Below are positions 27,954 to 32,000 of a stretch of 32,000 nucleotides of DNA, one piece after another; positions within the stretch are counted from its first letter, which is position 1; each line of letters opens with the position of its first letter. The stretch lies in contig NZ_CP011034.1 of NCBI RefSeq assembly GCF_001465295.1, positions 2,550,001 through 2,582,000 of the forward strand. Reading direction: 5' to 3'. The notes below the pieces were generated by a model. The model ran no database searches and was not told where the DNA came from. It was given only the letters and a program-made list of their open reading frames with translations. The translations under genes and the position numbers were made by a program. The stretch comes from Pseudoalteromonas translucida KMM 520 (GTDB lineage Bacteria; Pseudomonadota; Gammaproteobacteria; Enterobacterales; Alteromonadaceae).

Positions 27954-28970
27954 ATGTTAAGTTTCCAAGGTGAAAATATACTCTCAGTTAATCAACTCGA
28001 CAGAGACTGTATTGAACGTATATTTGCAGTAGCTAAAAAAATGGAACCCTACGCTAAAAAACAAAAGCGTACTAACGTGCTAGAAGGTGCCATTTTAGCC
28101 AACTTATTTTTTGAACCCAGCACACGCACACGCGTAAGCTTTGGCACCGCTTTTAACTTACTCGGCGGACTCGTTCGCGAAACAACCGGCATGCAAAGCT
28201 CAGCGCTTGCTAAAGGCGAGTCGCTTTACGACACTGCCCGTGTTATTTCTGCGTATGCCGATGCTGTCGCTATGCGCCACCCCGATGCAGGTTCGGTAAG
28301 TGAATTTGCAACAGGCTGCTCAATCCCTGTTATTAACGGTGGCGATGGCCCTAACGAGCACCCCACTCAAGCACTGCTCGATTTATTAACTATTGAGCGT
28401 GAGCTTAACCGTTTTGAGCAAAACATAGATGGTATGCACATTGCGCTAGTGGGCGACTTAAAATATGGCCGCACTGTGCACTCTTTATCAAAACTGTTAT
28501 GCCACTATAAAAACGTGAAATTTTCGATGGTTGCACCCGATGGTCTACAAATGCCTAGCTATATATTAGATGCAGTAGATAATGCAGGTCATAAAATTGA
28601 ATTGGTAAATAAAATGGAAGGCAACTTAGCTGCCGACATCGTTTATCAAACACGTATTCAAGAAGAGCGCTTTCCTTCGCAAGAAGAAGCCAATAAATAC
28701 CGTGGTGGGTTTAGAATTAGCCAATCAATTTACACTGCACATTGCAAACCTAATTCAGTGTTAATGCACCCGTTACCACGCGATAGTCGCCTAGAAGCCA
28801 ACGAGCTAGATAACGACTTAAACGCAAACGACAATTTAGCTATATTTCGCCAAGTACAAAATGGCGTATTAATTCGTATGGCACTGTTTGCTTTAACCCT
28901 CGGCGTAGAAAACAAAGTCGAGCAGTATGAAGTAGACGTACCTTGGTTTAGCCGCAAACGCGATAGCTAA
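27954..28970 (+). CDS. pyrB: Aspartate carbamoyltransferase catalytic chain
   Basis: The ORF carries the ATCase signatures STRTR, HPTQ, VGDLKYGRTVHS, TRIQEER and HPLPR, and is colinear with E. coli PyrB. It has a C-terminal extension of about 20 aa. No pyrI follows it. Confidence 0.9.
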   Translation: MLSFQGENILSVNQLDRDCIERIFAVAKKMEPYAKKQKRTNVLEGAILANLFFEPSTRTRVSFGTAFNLLGGLVRETTGMQSSALAKGESLYDTARVISAYADAVAMRHPDAGSVSEFATGCSIPVINGGDGPNEHPTQALLDLLTIERELNRFEQNIDGMHIALVGDLKYGRTVHSLSKLLCHYKNVKFSMVAPDGLQMPSYILDAVDNAGHKIELVNKMEGNLAADIVYQTRIQEERFPSQEEANKYRGGFRISQSIYTAHCKPNSVLMHPLPRDSRLEANELDNDLNANDNLAIFRQVQNGVLIRMALFALTLGVENKVEQYEVDVPWFSRKRDS

Positions 28971-29006
28971 ACCAACTTTTTTTGTGACAAAACAATAGGA
29001 TTTTTC

Positions 29007-30287
29007 ATGACAATTAGCCAAGACTTATTTGCACGCGCTCAAGCTTCTATTCCTGGTGGCGTAAATTCACCAGTACGTGCTTTTAATGGTGTAGGCGGCA
29101 CGCCGCTATTTATCACTAAAGCTGAAGGTGCGTTTACATTTGACGCCGATGGTAATCGCTATATCGATTATGTTGGCTCTTGGGGCCCTATGATCATGGG
29201 CCATAACCACCCTGCAATTAAACAAGCAGTACACGACGCGGTAGAAAACGGCCTAAGTTATGGCGCGCCTACCGAAGCCGAAATTTTAATGGCTGAAAAA
29301 GTAAAAGAGCTAGTACCATCAATCGAAAAAGTACGTATGGTTAGCTCAGGCACAGAAGCCACCATGAGCGCTATTCGCTTAGCGCGTGGTTTTACTGGCC
29401 GCGATAAAATACTTAAATTTGAAGGCTGTTACCACGGCCACGCCGATTCATTATTAGTTAAAGCCGGCTCTGGCGCATTGACCATGGGTGTGCCTAATTC
29501 GCCGGGTATTCCTGAAGATTTTGCAAAGCATACGCTTACTGTATCGTTTAATAATTTAGATGAAGTAAAAGCTATTTTTGCTAAATATGCCGACGAAATC
29601 GCGTGTATTATTGTTGAACCAGTTGCTGGTAACATGAACTGTATTCCACCGGTCCCGGGCTTTTTAGAAGGTTTGCGCGACGTTTGTGACGAATACAAAT
29701 CGGTACTTATTTTTGACGAAGTAATGACCGGGTTTCGAGTTGCACTTGGCGGTGCACAAGCCTACTACAATATAAAACCAGACTTAACCTGTTTAGGTAA
29801 AGTAATTGGCGGCGGCATGCCTGTGGGCGCATTTGGCGGCAAAACCGAAATTATGGATTATATTGCACCGGTTGGCCCTGTTTATCAGGCGGGTACATTG
29901 TCGGGTAACCCAATTGCCATGGCTGCAGGTTTAAAATCGCTAGAGTTATTAAGCGAGCCAGGCTTACATGCAAAACTAGAAGCAACCAGTAAAGCAATTT
30001 GTGAAGGCTTTGAAGCCGGTGCTAAAAAAGCAGGCATTGCATTAACCACTAACTATGCCGGTGGCATGTATGGCTTTTTCTTTACTGATGCTGAAAAAGT
30101 AACAACTTACAAACAAGCTACTGAGTGCGACCTAGAGCGTTTTAAACGTTTTTTCCACCTAATGCTTGAAGAAGGTGTTTACTTAGCACCGTCTGCTTTT
30201 GAAGCAGGCTTTGTATGTGCAGCGCACAACGAGCAAGAAATAAAAGATACCATTGCAGCCGCAGATCGCGCGTTTGCTAAGCTGTAA
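29007..30287 (+). CDS. hemL: Glutamate-1-semialdehyde 2,1-aminomutase
   Basis: The ORF is highly similar to E. coli HemL along its whole length ([21 protein letters not shown]; [17 protein letters not shown]; [36 protein letters not shown]; [16 protein letters not shown]; [12 protein letters not shown]). Confidence 0.97.
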   Translation: MTISQDLFARAQASIPGGVNSPVRAFNGVGGTPLFITKAEGAFTFDADGNRYIDYVGSWGPMIMGHNHPAIKQAVHDAVENGLSYGAPTEAEILMAEKVKELVPSIEKVRMVSSGTEATMSAIRLARGFTGRDKILKFEGCYHGHADSLLVKAGSGALTMGVPNSPGIPEDFAKHTLTVSFNNLDEVKAIFAKYADEIACIIVEPVAGNMNCIPPVPGFLEGLRDVCDEYKSVLIFDEVMTGFRVALGGAQAYYNIKPDLTCLGKVIGGGMPVGAFGGKTEIMDYIAPVGPVYQAGTLSGNPIAMAAGLKSLELLSEPGLHAKLEATSKAICEGFEAGAKKAGIALTTNYAGGMYGFFFTDAEKVTTYKQATECDLERFKRFFHLMLEEGVYLAPSAFEAGFVCAAHNEQEIKDTIAAADRAFAKL

Positions 30288-30310
30288 AACATCAGTTTTG
30301 TTCAGCCAAT

Positions 30311-30337
30311 AAAAAAAGCCCTAACGGGCTTTTTTTG
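30311..30337. terminator. Bidirectional Rho-independent terminator between convergent hemL and mrcB
   Basis: AAAAAAAGCCC-TAAC-GGGCTTTTTTT has symmetrical A7 and T7 tracts around a GC stem. Confidence 0.8.
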
Positions 30338-30361
30338 TGTCTTGTAGTTATTCAAATAAGC

Positions 30362-32000
30362 TTAACGAATACACTGCGGCCTGGGTTCAAATTCACTGGC
30401 TCTTAGTGGTAGCTGAATAACTTTGCCACACCCTGGTGGCGCTTGTTTACCCGTTAGCTCGTTAATAAACGCCCAGCGAATTGAAGGAGGACGAGTGTCG
30501 GCTATCGCTTCGGGGTTTAGCGGTTTTAAATAACGAATATAGGTCTCTAAAGCCCCTACACTGCCAGTTAAACCGGTACTTTTGTTATCGTCTCGGCCTA
30601 GCCAAGCAACGGTCACTGTGTTTTGATCAAACCCGGCAAACCAGCTATCGCGTAAATCATTACTGGTGCCTGTTTTACCCGCAAGCTGGATCGACGGAAA
30701 GTGTAAATTTAACCGTTTTGCGGTGCCATCTTTAGTCACTCGTTTCATTGCGTATTTTGTCATGTACATGGCATCTTTAGCAAAACGCGGCTCAGAATTT
30801 ACTTCGTGCTTATACAGTACTTTGCCTATTGAGTCGGTTAACGCCGAAATAGCGGTTAACTTTCTATATTCGCCATCGGCAGCAATGGTTGTGTACAATT
30901 GCGCTACCTCAAAACTAGACATTTCAAGTGCCCCCAATAACAACGATGGGTATTCGTTAATTCTTCCCTGCGCGCCTAATCCTCTTAATGTGTTTGCAAC
31001 TTTATCTACCCCTACATCAAGGCCAAGATTTACCGCAGGTATATTTATACTGCGACTAAAAGCTTTGTATAACGGGATTGCTCCGCGAAATTGACGATCG
31101 TAGTTTTCAGGCTGCCATACTTTACCTTGCTCATTGGTAACTTGCACCGGTGAGTCGTCAAGTAAAGTTGCTAGGTTATAATGTGGTAACTGCAGCGCGC
31201 TTAAATACACAGCAGGCTTAACTAATGAGCCAATATTACGTTTGGTATCAAGTACTCGGTTAAAGCCTGAATAACGCACGTCGCGCCCAGAAACTAATGC
31301 CGATACGCCACCTTTTTCTACGTTAACTGAGATCATCGCCGCTTCAAGCGCGCGAGTATTAGGGCGTTTTTCTAAATAAGGCAAACTTGCCTGAATCGAC
31401 TCTTCCATTGCCGTTTGTTTTTGTAAGTCAAAATAGGTAAACACACGAACACCGGCATCTAACACATTTTGATCGGGCAATAACTGCTTGAGTTCACGAT
31501 TTACTAGTTCTAAATAACCTGGGTACGATTTTTGTAAACTGGCTTTCATTGGCGCTATATTTAAAGGACGTTTTAATGCAGCGCGGTATTCATTAGTGCT
31601 CAAAAGTTTGTCTTCAACCATTAAGCGCAGCACTAAGTCACGACGCTCCATTGTGCGCTCTTCATAACGACGTGGATTGTAATAAGACGGCCCTTTTACC
31701 ATAGCCACCAGCAGCGCTATTTGATCGTATTCTAGCTCATCTACTGGTTTAGAAAAGTAAAACTCAGCAGCCAAGCCCATGCCATGCACGCCTTGGTTAT
31801 AAGACTGCCCTAAATATACTTCATTTAAATACGCTTCAAGTATTTGATCTTTTGAATAACGGTAATCTAAAATAAGTGCAATAAACGCTTCATTTATTTT
31901 TCGTGTAAGTGAGCGCTCTCGGGTTAAATAAATATTTTTAGCCAGTTGTTGCGTTAACGTACTGCCGCCCTGAACTGTTCGCCCAGCACGAATATTACTG
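30362..32000 (-). CDS. mrcB: Penicillin-binding protein 1B (bifunctional glycosyltransferase/transpeptidase); the 5' part lies beyond the window end
   Basis: The track ORF starts at an internal GTG (31789). The frame stays open to the window end and reads ...GGSTLTQQLAKNIYLTRERSLTRKINEAFIALILDYRYSKDQILEAYLNEVYLGQ (GT51 motifs). The C-terminal transpeptidase region LAGKTGTSNDLRDSWFAGFD..TVTVAWLGRDDN parallels E. coli PBP1B (LAGKTGTTNNNVDTWFAGIDG.TVTITWVGRDNN). Confidence 0.92.
   Translation of the reverse strand, partial: SNIRAGRTVQGGSTLTQQLAKNIYLTRERSLTRKINEAFIALILDYRYSKDQILEAYLNEVYLGQSYNQGVHGMGLAAEFYFSKPVDELEYDQIALLVAMVKGPSYYNPRRYEERTMERRDLVLRLMVEDKLLSTNEYRAALKRPLNIAPMKASLQKSYPGYLELVNRELKQLLPDQNVLDAGVRVFTYFDLQKQTAMEESIQASLPYLEKRPNTRALEAAMISVNVEKGGVSALVSGRDVRYSGFNRVLDTKRNIGSLVKPAVYLSALQLPHYNLATLLDDSPVQVTNEQGKVWQPENYDRQFRGAIPLYKAFSRSINIPAVNLGLDVGVDKVANTLRGLGAQGRINEYPSLLLGALEMSSFEVAQLYTTIAADGEYRKLTAISALTDSIGKVLYKHEVNSEPRFAKDAMYMTKYAMKRVTKDGTAKRLNLHFPSIQLAGKTGTSNDLRDSWFAGFDQNTVTVAWLGRDDNKSTGLTGSVGALETYIRYLKPLNPEAIADTRPPSIRWAFINELTGKQAPPGCGKVIQLPLRASEFEPRPQCIR

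Overview
The window looks like AT-rich gammaproteobacterial core chromosome. Gene content and order suggest Alteromonadales, possibly Pseudoalteromonas, but that is inference only. Nearly all of it is recognisable housekeeping coding sequence. In order: metH (partial) and metA; ettA; an HDAC-family deacetylase; cyoABCDE (cytochrome bo3 oxidase plus heme O synthase); an orphan 141-aa membrane ORF; nqrABCDEF-apbE-nqrM (Na+-NQR plus maturation factors); fabV; bolA; an ALKBH2/3-like AlkB dioxygenase; rlmG, a yajG-like lipoprotein, a periplasmic cyclophilin and ampG; a small XRE regulator and a 62-aa membrane peptide; erpA; a ClC channel with a CBS tail; hemJ; pyrB without pyrI; hemL; and mrcB (partial). 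I found no rRNA, tRNA, CRISPR array, transposase, integrase or recognisable defence or secretion module. Intergenic regions hold clear intrinsic terminators and several motif-level regulatory candidates: MetJ-like boxes, an IscR type-1-like site, a FadR-like palindrome, and twin 13-bp elements bracketing the cyo promoter. I cannot support any claim of a clear novel multi-gene system here. The two least explained loci are the orphan Cys-containing membrane ORF with a long structured leader between the nqr and cyo operons (9637-10374), and the XRE / 388-bp AT-rich spacer / small 2-TM peptide cassette (24175-25121). All homology statements come from my recollection of protein families and motifs, not from database searches.
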